Assembly: GCA_964592365.1 (NCBI GenBank)
Contig: CAZQDL010000001.1
Coordinates: 13,198 to 77,197 of the forward strand
From: an uncultured Candidatus Saccharibacteria bacterium
GTDB lineage: Bacteria; Patescibacteriota; Minisyncoccia; Phycocordibacterales; UBA1006
Direction: 5' to 3'
Length of the DNA stretch: 64,000 bases
The translations under genes and the position numbers were made by a program. Positions within the stretch are counted from its first letter, which is position 1; the number at the start of each line of letters is the position of its first letter. This document shows, piece after piece, positions 38,546 to 48,379 of the stretch. The notes beneath the pieces were generated by a model, which was given only the letters and a program-made list of their open reading frames with translations, did no database searches and was not told the DNA's origin.

Positions 38546-41077
38546 GTGTATACTATATATATGAAGAAATATTTTATATCCCTTGTGATCATTTCAGCCT
38601 TGGGCTTTTCTGTACAACCAAAAGAGGCTCAGGCTTTTGTAGTTTTTGAAAGTGGAACAAATCTATTTACAAACATTGCAACCACAGCTGAATCTATTTG
38701 GAATACCGCAGCTCAGGAAATTCTTCTGCCAGCGGTTGAAAGAATGATTGAACGAGAGCTTGAAAAAGTTGTTAACAAATCATTAAATCTTGGAGGGGAA
38801 TTACTGGTTACTGATTTGGATCAAGCACTACGTGGAACAGGTTATGCTGCTTTAGCAAATAGATTTAATAGTGCTAATAATTATTACTACCGAACTCTTT
38901 CAGAAAGTGGTATTTGTGCAAGAGACCAGGCTGGTTGTTCACTTAATCCAACAGAGCAGGCTGAACAAAATTATCGCCTCATGGAAGATGGATCGATAAA
39001 CTCAAAAAGAAGTGTTGCTTCAACTATTTCAAAAGTAGCTACAAAATCACTTTTCAGTAATGCTTTAGATAGGGTAATTAAAAGTGATCAAAAATTAATT
39101 AAGAATGAAGATTTTAATCAATCAAATTTTTGGGGAAATTATTTAGAAATTATCAACCCAGAAAGAACAGAGGTTGGAGTATCAGGAGTAGTAACGGGTA
39201 GTTTAAGTGCAGAAGTTACGACCTCTCGAGGGAATTTCTTACGTGACCTTCAAACTCCACAACGATTTCTAGATCAAAAGCGATGTATTGAGTATGAAGT
39301 AGATGACATTACGGGAGAACAGGTTTGTGTGAGGAATGTTACTCTTACTCCAGGAGCTCAAATTGCTGAGAAGGTAAACGAATCAATATTGAAAGATGAA
39401 CGTGTAGCAGGTAGTGCTGAGGGACTTGTTGGTATGCTTATCTCATCAGCAATTGGAAAGGTTACTGATGATTTGATTAGTAAAGGTATTGCTGGAATTA
39501 GTGGAAGACTAAGCGGAGGAAGTAACAATCAAGGGAATATTAATAATTCTGTATTTAACAGTTCAGGTTTAGGAAGATCTGAATTTGATGTCCTTGGAAA
39601 TTCTGTTGATAGTTTTCAAGATAATTCAACTAGGATTTATGATGATTTCCAAGTTGATGGATCTACAGGTGGGGGAGCTTCTATCGGTGGACCAGAAGAT
39701 GGTAACAGTGTTCAGATCACTATTGATTTAAGCGAGGTCATTGAAGAAAACATCCGTTTTGCTGAAGAAGAGCAATCATACTTTGATGAAATTCAATCAA
39801 TTAGAAATAGGAGTAAAGAAACAATCATAGCACTTGATCAGTGTCTGCCTTCTCCTCAATATGGCTGGGAGGAACGTTTCTCTGATATTTTTCAAACATC
39901 AGGAACCAGTGACTATAGTCTTTTGAATTCAATCGCTTTAAGTGAAACAAGACAAATGGTTAATGATCCATGGGTAAATATTCCAGGAGCTTCAGATATT
40001 AGACAATCAATTGATGGAGTTATCTCTGAGACAAAACAAGATCAAGCTCAGAACGCACAAAGAATCTCTGCTGTACGTGAAACTCTTTCAACTCTTCGGT
40101 TTATTAAAGATCAAGTAGTTTCAGATGCAGCTACTCTTGCTGCTTCAAATAGTAGCTTTCAAAATTTAGTGATGTTTGATGACCAATGGTCAAAACTAGG
40201 CGTGCCTGGACAAACAAATGCTTTTAATTCTGCAATAAGTAATAACTACTATTCACTTAAAACAGGTGAAACAGCTTCTTCTATCATCAATGAAAGAAAT
40301 AGCTTTGCTAGAGATATTGTTAAAACTAGATCATGGGACATCTGGAGAGAAAATACAGAGAAAACTAAAAAGAATGATTTGCGATATAGTTTCTTCGTAA
40401 TCCAAAACAAATTATCTAATGAAGAATTCGTAACTCGAGCACGTGTTTTGAAAAACCAAATTGGAAGTAAGTCTGAATTTTCAGAAAGCCTACTACAAGA
40501 TTGTTTTGTTTTCAGGGCATACAGCCTTGGAGCTAGCCAGGCAAATATTCAGCAGACGATAAATAGTAGTAACAACGTAGATGAATTGATTGCCAACTTT
40601 GATAAACTACTAGCACCATATCAAAATATTTCTCACCGTGGTTTCAAACAAGAGTTAACTTTCATTAATACAGATACTGCACGAGATGATGATGAGATTG
40701 GCGAATTCATCAATGATGAATATCAAAAGCAATTGCGTGGTGTTAGTTCGTTGTTCAAAACAACAACAATCACCGGAGCATTGCCAACTAGTATCCTAGG
40801 ATTTGCTAACGAATCAGATAAAGAAGAATACTTTGAAGAAAACTATCCTATTGATGATTTCAAAGATCCGATATCTTTCAACCAAATGAGTGTAAAAGAG
40901 ATGCTTCGTGCAGATAGATTTATCTCAACATATGGAAGAGCACGTGGAATTCGTGGTGTGTTATTCTGTAGAGTGAAAGGAGTATGGGATGCAGGAGCTG
41001 ATAACAGATCAATTTGTTTGCTTGATTGGTATACAACAAGTAATCTTGATTACAACGTTGCTTTTGCCGGAATATAA
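38546..41077 (+). CDS. Large secreted protein (843 aa), first gene of the T4SS-like locus
   Basis: Signal peptide MKKYFISLVIISALGFSVQPKEAQA. No catalytic motif was recognised. Confidence 0.5.
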   Translation: MYTIYMKKYFISLVIISALGFSVQPKEAQAFVVFESGTNLFTNIATTAESIWNTAAQEILLPAVERMIERELEKVVNKSLNLGGELLVTDLDQALRGTGYAALANRFNSANNYYYRTLSESGICARDQAGCSLNPTEQAEQNYRLMEDGSINSKRSVASTISKVATKSLFSNALDRVIKSDQKLIKNEDFNQSNFWGNYLEIINPERTEVGVSGVVTGSLSAEVTTSRGNFLRDLQTPQRFLDQKRCIEYEVDDITGEQVCVRNVTLTPGAQIAEKVNESILKDERVAGSAEGLVGMLISSAIGKVTDDLISKGIAGISGRLSGGSNNQGNINNSVFNSSGLGRSEFDVLGNSVDSFQDNSTRIYDDFQVDGSTGGGASIGGPEDGNSVQITIDLSEVIEENIRFAEEEQSYFDEIQSIRNRSKETIIALDQCLPSPQYGWEERFSDIFQTSGTSDYSLLNSIALSETRQMVNDPWVNIPGASDIRQSIDGVISETKQDQAQNAQRISAVRETLSTLRFIKDQVVSDAATLAASNSSFQNLVMFDDQWSKLGVPGQTNAFNSAISNNYYSLKTGETASSIINERNSFARDIVKTRSWDIWRENTEKTKKNDLRYSFFVIQNKLSNEEFVTRARVLKNQIGSKSEFSESLLQDCFVFRAYSLGASQANIQQTINSSNNVDELIANFDKLLAPYQNISHRGFKQELTFINTDTARDDDEIGEFINDEYQKQLRGVSSLFKTTTITGALPTSILGFANESDKEEYFEENYPIDDFKDPISFNQMSVKEMLRADRFISTYGRARGIRGVLFCRVKGVWDAGADNRSICLLDWYTTSNLDYNVAFAGI

Positions 41078-41097
41078 AAAACCCTTATGGGTTTTTT
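41074..41097 (+). terminator. Intrinsic terminator
   Basis: aaaaaaccc-ttat-gggtttttt. Confidence 0.6.
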
Positions 41098-41139
41098 ATA
41101 TTCCATGACATTTTGAACCTCCTTCGCTATAATAGAAAC

Positions 41140-43257
41140 ATGAATAAACTAAAACATCTTCTTATTGTGTGTGCATTTGCTCTAAGCATGTTCATGCAAC
41201 CATTTTCTTTTTCTCAAGGGGAAGATCAAATAGCAATTATAACGGATATTAATTATTCTTATGCACAAGAAGTAGCCACAAGTAACGATGTATCTGAGGG
41301 TTTCCTTACTGTTGAATGTGATGGAATTGATTTAGGATGTTATTTTGCAAACGGTGTACTTTATTTTTTCCACCTTGTTTGGTATTCAACCACCCAAGTA
41401 CTAGCATTCATTGCAGGATTTACCCTTGATGTACTTTTATTCCACTCAATTAGCAGTGCTACATATCGAACTGGACTTATCGAAGCTGGTTGGGAGATTC
41501 TCAGAAATCTAACTAATATTGTTTTCATTTTCTCTTTACTATTTATCGCCTTTAAAATGGTTCTCTCTGGATCATCATCGATAAAAAAGGTGTTAATCAA
41601 AACTATATTAGTTGCTTTGGTAATTAATTTTAGTTTGTACATGAGTTACGTTATCATTGACTCATCAAATATTTTGGCAAATATTTTCTATCAGCGAATA
41701 GAAATTGATAATCAATCACGGACGACAAATGAATTCATCAATACTTTTTTCTCAGCACAGACAATGAAATCACCGTCTGCAGCATTGGTAAGTAAGTTTG
41801 AACCACAAGCCATCATTACGAAAGCAGGACCTGATTTGAACACAACTCAACGTTTCTTAGTAGTATTTAGTGCTGGTGGAATCAATATTCTAATGATATC
41901 TATCTTCTTAAGTATTATCCTCCTTTTCTTAGGAAGAACGGTAGGGTTAATGCTTTCTGTGATTCTTGCTCCTCTTGCTTTTGTAACCCTAGCAATACCT
42001 ACAAGTGATATGAGTAATATAAAGTGGATTGGTTTTAATTCATGGTTAAAGCAACTCATTACGTTGTCATTTATGGCACCTGTGTACCTATTCTTCTTAT
42101 ATTTGATAATAATATTTGCAAATAACGATGCACTCTTTAATTCTATTAACATTGCAGGGAATACAGGTACAGGAAGTACTAATGTTATTAATATTATCCT
42201 TGGAGTTATTCTTCCTTTCTCTTTGATTGCAATCCTTCTTACAACTGCTAAGAAAATTACCACAGACATGGCTGGTGATCTTGGAGGAAGAATTAGTGAG
42301 TATGCTTCAAAAGGACTCACTGGAGCTGCAGCCGTTGGACTTGGAGCTGCGACTATGGGAATTGCAGCAACTGGTGGTGCAGCAAGACTTCTTGGTAAAG
42401 GTGCTTCAAAAATAGGTATGGAAGGAACAGGTAAATTCCTAGAAGGAGCAGGTAAGTGGGGTCAAACTGCAAAATTTGATGCATCAAAAATTCCTGGTTT
42501 TGAAAATACTTTTGGAAAAAATACCTTTGCATCAAAAGTTGCTAAAGGTATTGGAAGTACAAGCTATTCAGATATTGATACTGGAGTAAGAGGAGCAGCT
42601 AACAAGGTAAGATCAGGTATTAGTGACTTTAATACCGGAAGGACTCCTGAGAGCGTTGCTCAATGGGAAAAAAATGTTCAGGATAGTAGAAATGCTAATA
42701 CTCAAAGGAGAGCTGATAATCAAGCAAGGGTGGCTAGTGACGATGCAAAAACTGAAAGAAATAAAATTGCCATCAATACAGATCCTTTTGGAACAATTAC
42801 TTATATGCCAGAAGGCGCGCGTGTACAAGACAAACTAGAAGAATACAGACAAAAACGTGCTGAGATGGATGAAGCAGCTGTTAAAAGAGAGAAGAAGGAT
42901 ATAGATGATGCAAAAGCAATACTCGAGGCAGAAATTCAGGTTCTTCAAAAAGAATCTAAGGGGTCAACAAACCCTGCTGAAATTGCAACGAAGAAACAGG
43001 CTATTGCCGATAAAAAGAAGAAAATTGAACAAATTGAACAGACATCTACTGAGGGAGTTATCAAACAACTTGAAAAAGTCATTAGTACAGCTGAAACTAA
43101 TGCTAAGGCACAGATGTTCATAGATGATAATTATAATAGAAATAATACTCAGGATTCAAACTTCACGATGTCAGGAGATAGAAGAAGAGAACGTGTCCGG
43201 AAACAAGCATCAGAATACGTTAAGAATGGAGGTAATAATTCTAAAGACAAGAAATAA
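41140..43257 (+). CDS. VirB6/TrbL-like (PrgH/TcpH-like) polytopic membrane protein with a charged coiled-coil C-terminal tail
   Basis: Signal peptide, then about 7 or more TM helices with a large extracytoplasmic loop. Gly/Ala-rich segment GLTGAAAVGLGAATMGIAATGGAARLLGKG. K/E-rich tail. Confidence 0.5.
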   Translation: MNKLKHLLIVCAFALSMFMQPFSFSQGEDQIAIITDINYSYAQEVATSNDVSEGFLTVECDGIDLGCYFANGVLYFFHLVWYSTTQVLAFIAGFTLDVLLFHSISSATYRTGLIEAGWEILRNLTNIVFIFSLLFIAFKMVLSGSSSIKKVLIKTILVALVINFSLYMSYVIIDSSNILANIFYQRIEIDNQSRTTNEFINTFFSAQTMKSPSAALVSKFEPQAIITKAGPDLNTTQRFLVVFSAGGINILMISIFLSIILLFLGRTVGLMLSVILAPLAFVTLAIPTSDMSNIKWIGFNSWLKQLITLSFMAPVYLFFLYLIIIFANNDALFNSINIAGNTGTGSTNVINIILGVILPFSLIAILLTTAKKITTDMAGDLGGRISEYASKGLTGAAAVGLGAATMGIAATGGAARLLGKGASKIGMEGTGKFLEGAGKWGQTAKFDASKIPGFENTFGKNTFASKVAKGIGSTSYSDIDTGVRGAANKVRSGISDFNTGRTPESVAQWEKNVQDSRNANTQRRADNQARVASDDAKTERNKIAINTDPFGTITYMPEGARVQDKLEEYRQKRAEMDEAAVKREKKDIDDAKAILEAEIQVLQKESKGSTNPAEIATKKQAIADKKKKIEQIEQTSTEGVIKQLEKVISTAETNAKAQMFIDDNYNRNNTQDSNFTMSGDRRRERVRKQASEYVKNGGNNSKDKK

Positions 43258-43282
43258 TAAAAAGAACCATCAGGTTCTTTTT
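43257..43282 (+). terminator. Intrinsic terminator
   Basis: aagaacc-atca-ggttcttttt. Confidence 0.55.
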
Positions 43283-43308
43283 ATTATTTCATTTGATATA
43301 CTTTTAAT

Positions 43309-43965
43309 ATGAATACTAATGCTCAAAAAATTAGACACGCTCTTGCTGATTTACCAGAAAATATACAACATGCAGTAAATATTTTTAACTGGGAGAAAAT
43401 TATTCCATCAATAGCCTCAAAGTATAATATTCAATTAGATGAGGCATGGATATTTCAAGAAGAAACAATGAAGGTTGTTGTAGGTATATCTCCTTCCTCT
43501 GAGTATAAGAAAAACTTAATGAAAGCTTTGAATATTAATTCTCAGCTTGCAGAAGCATTACTTTTTGAAGCAAACACTCACATCTTTAAAGAATTACAAC
43601 GATTAGCGTTTAACAGCAAAGATGATGTAGATGATGATATTGTAAGTTCCATGAAAGACGAGGGAATTCACCTTATCGATCATGAGGAAGATATGACCGT
43701 AGATTTTGATGAGGTCTCTGATCATCTCGATGAAGAAACACAGGTTGAAAAACAAGTTTCTCCTTCTGGGTATTCAGAAGAAATTACCGAAGATGATCTC
43801 ATAGGTATTTATGGGCACCGTATAAAAACAGAAGCTATTCCTGAAAAAAAAGATTTTCATGTTGAAGAATCACTACATGGAAAAACTAGGATTTCAAAAG
43901 AAGATAGTTTAATAGTTAAGGATATTAATGATGGTCATTTAGATGTAATAAAAAATAACGCTTAG
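43309..43965 (+). CDS. Acidic hypothetical protein
   Basis: ORF only. D/E-rich. Confidence 0.35.
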   Translation: MNTNAQKIRHALADLPENIQHAVNIFNWEKIIPSIASKYNIQLDEAWIFQEETMKVVVGISPSSEYKKNLMKALNINSQLAEALLFEANTHIFKELQRLAFNSKDDVDDDIVSSMKDEGIHLIDHEEDMTVDFDEVSDHLDEETQVEKQVSPSGYSEEITEDDLIGIYGHRIKTEAIPEKKDFHVEESLHGKTRISKEDSLIVKDINDGHLDVIKNNA

Positions 43966-43974
43966 CGTTATTTT

Positions 43975-44619
43975 TTATGTATTCAACTCTGGAATATTTC
44001 GATGTCCTTCACCTGGGTTAAACATGTTGTAGAATACTTCGATAGCTTGTTGGGTGTTTAGCTGTTCTGAACGTACACCAAAACGTGATAGCCCACCCTT
44101 TACGATAGCTACACGCTGTTCAAGCTGACTTCGCTGTTCTTCGAATCTTTGAGTCTCTTCTTGAAATGACTTTTTCTTTGTAGAAAGTAAGTCCTTAAAT
44201 ATACTACTGGTGCTTTGTTGTGCAGTGAATGCCGCTCCTGAATATGGAACAACTACATAAAATCGTTTAGACATGATATTTACTGAGTCAGTAAACCATC
44301 TGATAAATTCAATATATTCTCTAGTTTGTAATCGAAGAAGCTCTTCTGTTTGTTGTCCAATTCTTTGCTCAAGAGTCATTAGATATGGCTTTATATCATA
44401 TCTACGTGATCCAACTGCAATTTGAACAGGGAAATCAAGTGAGTTGAGGAATCCTTGGAATTGCATAATAACAGCTTGCTGTTCATCTTCTGATTTTAAG
44501 GCAATGTTAATAGCCGAAGCAAGTAATATTGCTCTTAAACTTCCATCTTGAAGTACTACAATACCGTCACGAATTTCTTTGATAGGTATAAAATCTTGTG
44601 TTCTTGGTCCGTTTGCCAT
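43975..44619 (-). CDS. VirB4 N-terminal-domain-like protein (soluble, 214 aa)
   Basis: The N-terminal segment FIPIKEIRDGIVVLQDGSLRAILLASAINIALKSEDEQ resembles the conserved start of VirB4/TrbE ATPases (compare Agrobacterium VirB4 LPYIGHLSDHIVLLEDGSIMSIARIDGVAFELEE). It lies directly downstream of the VirB3-like gene. Confidence 0.45.
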   Translation of the reverse strand: MANGPRTQDFIPIKEIRDGIVVLQDGSLRAILLASAINIALKSEDEQQAVIMQFQGFLNSLDFPVQIAVGSRRYDIKPYLMTLEQRIGQQTEELLRLQTREYIEFIRWFTDSVNIMSKRFYVVVPYSGAAFTAQQSTSSIFKDLLSTKKKSFQEETQRFEEQRSQLEQRVAIVKGGLSRFGVRSEQLNTQQAIEVFYNMFNPGEGHRNIPELNT

Positions 44620-44672
44620 ATGAGTACCTCCAGTATACCACTATTAAAAAAATCTCTCATCAAATGAGAGAT

Positions 44673-45086
44673 TTATTCTTCTGAATCAAGAATATCTAAA
44701 CTCCAAGCAAGGTCAGAAACTCTCTGTTGGTGAATTCGCTGTTGAGTATCTGTAAATAGCTGAGGAGTTTCTGGTAGTTCTTTTATTTCAACTGAATTGC
44801 TCTTTTCTTCTTTTCTTCTCCATAGGTAGAATCTTTCTGAAAAAGCATAGATGAGGTAGGATTCAACCATTTTAATAAAAGGTCGTCCGTTTGGTTTGAT
44901 AAACACTAAAGCTAGGGTAAATGCTGCAATAGGTAAACCAAGTATTACCACAACAAAGGTAGGTAGAAGTCGGTAGATCAAGAAGATAAGTCCACCTCCA
45001 CCAACTAAATAAATAGATTGTTTGAAGGTGAAGGGACCAAATAGCTTATCCTCTACATTAATAAATTGGGGAACTTCAAATCTCAT
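44673..45086 (-). CDS. PrgI/VirB3-like small membrane protein
   Basis: 137 aa. N-terminal FGPFTFKQSIYLVGGGG followed by two TM helices, as in Gram-positive PrgI-family VirB3 analogues. Confidence 0.5.
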   Translation of the reverse strand: MRFEVPQFINVEDKLFGPFTFKQSIYLVGGGGLIFLIYRLLPTFVVVILGLPIAAFTLALVFIKPNGRPFIKMVESYLIYAFSERFYLWRRKEEKSNSVEIKELPETPQLFTDTQQRIHQQRVSDLAWSLDILDSEE

Positions 45087-45122
45087 ACTTTTAGTATATC
45101 TCTATAGTTTTTTTCTGTCATC

Positions 45123-46139
45123 TTAAGATGAAAAAGATATGCTAATATTTTCTGAAGCTGATTGTAAAATATTATTTATACTGTCTAGATTTACCCCAAT
45201 ATCAACATTTCCAGATTGTCCTCCTGATGAAATAAATAGTTCATTCTGTCTTCCAAAATCTTGAGGAGCTTGATTTTCATTATTGATAGACCACTGTACG
45301 AAAAGATCAGTAAAATTTCTTTGTATAGTACTCATGTGTAAAGGATGGAAAGAAAATTTTACCTGAGATCCATTTATTTCTGAACGAGTATTTAATGCTC
45401 TTTGAGTAAGAATTCTTTCCTTTTCATCAATTTCGTAGAATAAGATTTTTGGTAAGAAGGTATTTGTTGAAATATCAATAGTGTTACGCGCAAAAGAGTT
45501 TTCTCTTCTGTCATTTGCCGTCACGCTAATCTTTTCAGTAAAGTTTAGCGCCCCTGCTTCTATCGTATATGATTGTCTTCCAAAACCAGATGCCTTACTA
45601 TCATTAGTGTAATTATTTTCCCAATAGTAAATTAAATTTTTAGCATCAGTTGGTGAAATTAACTGAGTTTGAGGAATTGCTGTTATCTTTATCGTTGATT
45701 GAGGTAAGGGAAGTACCTTTCCTTTATAAAAAGGAGGGATATATCCATCTTCAACTTCCCAAAGAAGATCTATTTCTGAAGGTGAAAATCTAAGTTCTTT
45801 TCTAAAAACCTGATTACCAATTTCAATAACAGCAGTAAGGTTAGTTACACTACCTAAAGAGCCTGTTCTAAAAACAAATTCCTTTGCTCCATAATCTGCG
45901 CTTTTTCTCTCACCATTTTCAAACCAAGAAATATAATAGTTATTAAGATTAAAGCTATAACTATTAAGAATTACTCGAACTTCTTCATCAACTCCAGGAA
46001 TAAGGGGGATTGTTTCAACTAAAATATCGTTTTCTGAATAAAGTGATACCCCTTGGGCCTTCACTTCTTTGGTAACAAGAAAAAAACTGATTATCAGAAA
46101 AAAGATTAGAGATATAGTCAGTAGAGGTTTTCTTTTCAT
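45123..46139 (-). CDS. Secreted or bitopic protein (338 aa), possible T4SS accessory component
   Basis: N-terminal signal/anchor sequence. No known motif. In an operon with the VirB3-like and VirB4N-like genes. Confidence 0.4.
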   Translation of the reverse strand: MKRKPLLTISLIFFLIISFFLVTKEVKAQGVSLYSENDILVETIPLIPGVDEEVRVILNSYSFNLNNYYISWFENGERKSADYGAKEFVFRTGSLGSVTNLTAVIEIGNQVFRKELRFSPSEIDLLWEVEDGYIPPFYKGKVLPLPQSTIKITAIPQTQLISPTDAKNLIYYWENNYTNDSKASGFGRQSYTIEAGALNFTEKISVTANDRRENSFARNTIDISTNTFLPKILFYEIDEKERILTQRALNTRSEINGSQVKFSFHPLHMSTIQRNFTDLFVQWSINNENQAPQDFGRQNELFISSGGQSGNVDIGVNLDSINNILQSASENISISFSS

Positions 46140-46219
46140 TTATACTTATATTATACCTAGACATATATATTTAACAAAAGTAATTTATTTTAATATAGAT
46201 ATATCGTATAATAGTAAGC

Positions 46220-48376
46220 ATGAAAAAGTTTTTATTATTTTCACTCCTTACTATTATCTTCTCTTTTGGTGTTCAATATAACAATGAAGCTATTGCTCAA
46301 GAAGAATGTTCTGTTACTTCAGCTTCGTTTAGTGAAATTACGGGGTGGACAAGTAGCAACCGGTTTGAAGGAAACTTTACAAACCTAACCATTAGTACTT
46401 CAGGTGACTGTTCTGCTGGATTAAGCATTAACTTAAAAAAAGTAGATGATAGAGGAAAACACTTGCCGGCTGTTATTAATAAAATGCCAGCAAAACTTGT
46501 ACCTGGTCCTATATCTAAGAAAATAATTGCCAAGTTTAAGCTTTATGAAGATACCTGTTATGGATACAATAATGAATCTACTCGCGGCCTTAATTGGGGA
46601 TATGACTGTGTTACATATATTGAAATAACTCATAAAGATAAGGTAATATTTTCACCTAAAAATGTAACAGGATTCAATGCTGACTACATTCGAGATACCA
46701 AAGATTCAATCGTAGAGATGAGAAATCAAGGAATTCTACTTGGAAACTGTACCTTAGATTGTGCATACGGTACTCAAGATGAGAAAGGTGCTCATAACTG
46801 GATTTTTTGGGGGACGTTTGATGGAAATGGCTCAATTGGAGATTCAAATGCCCTTCAAAGTAAATGTAAAATAACCGACGAAGATGTTTCTTTCAGCGGG
46901 ATGAAGAATAGAGTAATAACAAATGCTTCTCCTGTACTAAAAATAAATACTAAAGACTGTATTGGTGTTAAATTAAGTGTAAGCCTTATGGAAGGAAGTG
47001 GTTACATAGATATTGAAATTAATGATGACGTTACGAGGACAACGATTGATGTTATCCCAAAAGATGAAGTTGTTACTTTTTTATATGAAGCAGGGAATGA
47101 GGAGTGTAATATTTTAGGTAATCCTGATTGTCAGATATATCTTTACATACAATACAATGGAAATGTCTATAGTAATGAGGAACTTCTTACCGGTCACATA
47201 TACAAATATGCTGAGTCAGAAACATATTCTTCATACTTAGATGATGGAATCCTTCTTGGAGATTGTGCTTATGTTGCTCCCACTAATCAATTTAATTTTG
47301 TATCAAATTGTTTAGCTGGAAAAAGTGATTGGACCCTAAAGGGAGTAGATGGAGTTGAAACATCAGCAACAGGATCTCCTGCACAAGAAGTTGCCATTAC
47401 ACAAAAATTTGATAGAAATCACCCCTGTCACAATGGAAAATCTGGAGATGAAGAGGCATATCTCCGAGATTGTTATGAACTCCTTGCTCCCATTCCTGGA
47501 ATCTCAAGTACATATACTGATGGATCAGGATCAACAAGAAGTACTGGTTTTGAAGTAACAGAAGATGGACGTCAGTTTGTTAAAAACATTGGTCAATTAC
47601 AAATTGGTGATTATATAAATACTTTAGTAAGGATTGCATTAGGAGTACTTATTGTTCTTTCAATTATCATGATAATAATTGCAGGAGTTGAGTACATGGT
47701 TCAAGAAAGTATGTTTGGAAAATCTGCTGCGAAATCAAGAATTGCTAATGCATTAAGTGGTCTAATTGTTGGATTAAGTATCTATTTAATCCTTTCAACA
47801 ATTAACCCACAACTTCTTGAAGTTAACTTTTCACCACCAGTACAAGAACTACTGGTTATCGGAGATGGAGGGGTTGAGCCAGTTGATCTTCCTTCTTTTG
47901 ATATTCCAGGAAACAGTTTGTGTAGTAGCTTTACTACTATTAACCAACCGGGGGCTATTCGCGCTAAAAAATTCAGTGTATGTAGCACGATAGCACCTAA
48001 GATTAATAATTTACTGAAAGATGCAAAGGCCGATGGTATTATTCTTAGTGCTTACGGGGCAAGAGAAACAAAAAAACAGATCGAATTACGAGTTAAAAAC
48101 TGTGGGGGTACTGCTCAGGTATATAATCCAAAAGCTACTTGTAAACCTCCAACAGCTCTCCCAGGTCAATCTATGCATGAAAGTGGATTAGCTTTAGATT
48201 TTATTTGTGTTGATGGAAACAAAGAAGGAACTGTTAATGTACATGAAGGAAATACAAATGGAACTAAAAAGGAGTGGACAAGGGGATGCTATGAATGGAT
48301 CAAGAAAAATGCATCTAAATATGGACTGAAGGGTCTCAAATCAGAAAATTGGCACTGGTCAACAACAGGAAGATAA
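46220..48376 (+). CDS. Surface protein with an internal TM hairpin and a C-terminal M15 (VanY/D-Ala-D-Ala carboxypeptidase-like) peptidoglycan peptidase domain
   Basis: Signal peptide. Two TM helices at about aa 465-525. C-terminal SAYGAR...QSMHESGLALDF...ENWHW matches the LAS/M15 motifs (SxHxxGxAxD and a terminal His). Confidence 0.6.
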   Translation: MKKFLLFSLLTIIFSFGVQYNNEAIAQEECSVTSASFSEITGWTSSNRFEGNFTNLTISTSGDCSAGLSINLKKVDDRGKHLPAVINKMPAKLVPGPISKKIIAKFKLYEDTCYGYNNESTRGLNWGYDCVTYIEITHKDKVIFSPKNVTGFNADYIRDTKDSIVEMRNQGILLGNCTLDCAYGTQDEKGAHNWIFWGTFDGNGSIGDSNALQSKCKITDEDVSFSGMKNRVITNASPVLKINTKDCIGVKLSVSLMEGSGYIDIEINDDVTRTTIDVIPKDEVVTFLYEAGNEECNILGNPDCQIYLYIQYNGNVYSNEELLTGHIYKYAESETYSSYLDDGILLGDCAYVAPTNQFNFVSNCLAGKSDWTLKGVDGVETSATGSPAQEVAITQKFDRNHPCHNGKSGDEEAYLRDCYELLAPIPGISSTYTDGSGSTRSTGFEVTEDGRQFVKNIGQLQIGDYINTLVRIALGVLIVLSIIMIIIAGVEYMVQESMFGKSAAKSRIANALSGLIVGLSIYLILSTINPQLLEVNFSPPVQELLVIGDGGVEPVDLPSFDIPGNSLCSSFTTINQPGAIRAKKFSVCSTIAPKINNLLKDAKADGIILSAYGARETKKQIELRVKNCGGTAQVYNPKATCKPPTALPGQSMHESGLALDFICVDGNKEGTVNVHEGNTNGTKKEWTRGCYEWIKKNASKYGLKGLKSENWHWSTTGR

Positions 48377-48379
48377 TAT

